This document shows, piece by piece, positions 63,883 to 64,000 of a stretch of DNA of 64,000 nucleotides; positions within the stretch are counted from its first letter, which is position 1, and each line of letters begins with the position of its first letter. Under the pieces are notes generated by a model. It was given only the letters and a program-made list of their open reading frames with translations, did not search any database and was not told the DNA's origin. Source of the DNA: Octopus sinensis (taxonomy: Eukaryota); NCBI RefSeq assembly GCF_006345805.1, contig NC_042999.1:31806001-31870000 (forward strand), given 5' to 3'. The position numbers were made by a program, and so were the translations under genes.

Positions 63883-64000
63883 AGAATTCAAAAAAATTAA
63901 ATATTAATAATTATAATGTAAATAATGTAAATTATGTACATAATTCCTCATCTGTTATATACAGAACAAAGAATGAAGGGTTATCACCAGAATAGATTAT

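Overview
This is AT-rich, microsatellite-dense animal DNA with no prokaryotic features. The tRNA-derived SINE families resemble those I recognise from Octopus, so a cephalopod origin is inferred but not proven. No complete host gene is visible, and most of the supplied ORFs are microsatellite or antisense artefacts. The window is mainly a retroelement graveyard. It holds two young, closely related R4/Dong-type non-LTR elements (RT plus CCHC knuckle plus restriction-like endonuclease) sitting in (TAA)n arrays: full-length at 22301-25952 (-) and 5'-truncated at about 46310-49277 (+). It also holds about eight older relics of the same clade, four Penelope-like element (PLE) pieces, RTE, mariner and hAT remnants, and many SINEs. 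The most unusual locus is 4.2-12.7 kb. It is a PLE with a GIY-YIG endonuclease, a canonical minimal hammerhead ribozyme (6538-6580, -) and a ~3.5 kb repeated 3' extension. That extension contains a multi-hairpin module whose copies differ mainly by sense-strand C>U and A>G changes that keep pairing as G.U. The PLE is joined through microhomologies to a ~1.2 kb inverted copy of upstream flanking DNA. A second PLE carries a U3-A8 hammerhead variant (55175-55211). A few weak candidate + strand host exons lie at 16.5 kb and 28.8-32.2 kb. All calls come from reading and translating by eye; boundaries of old relics are approximate.
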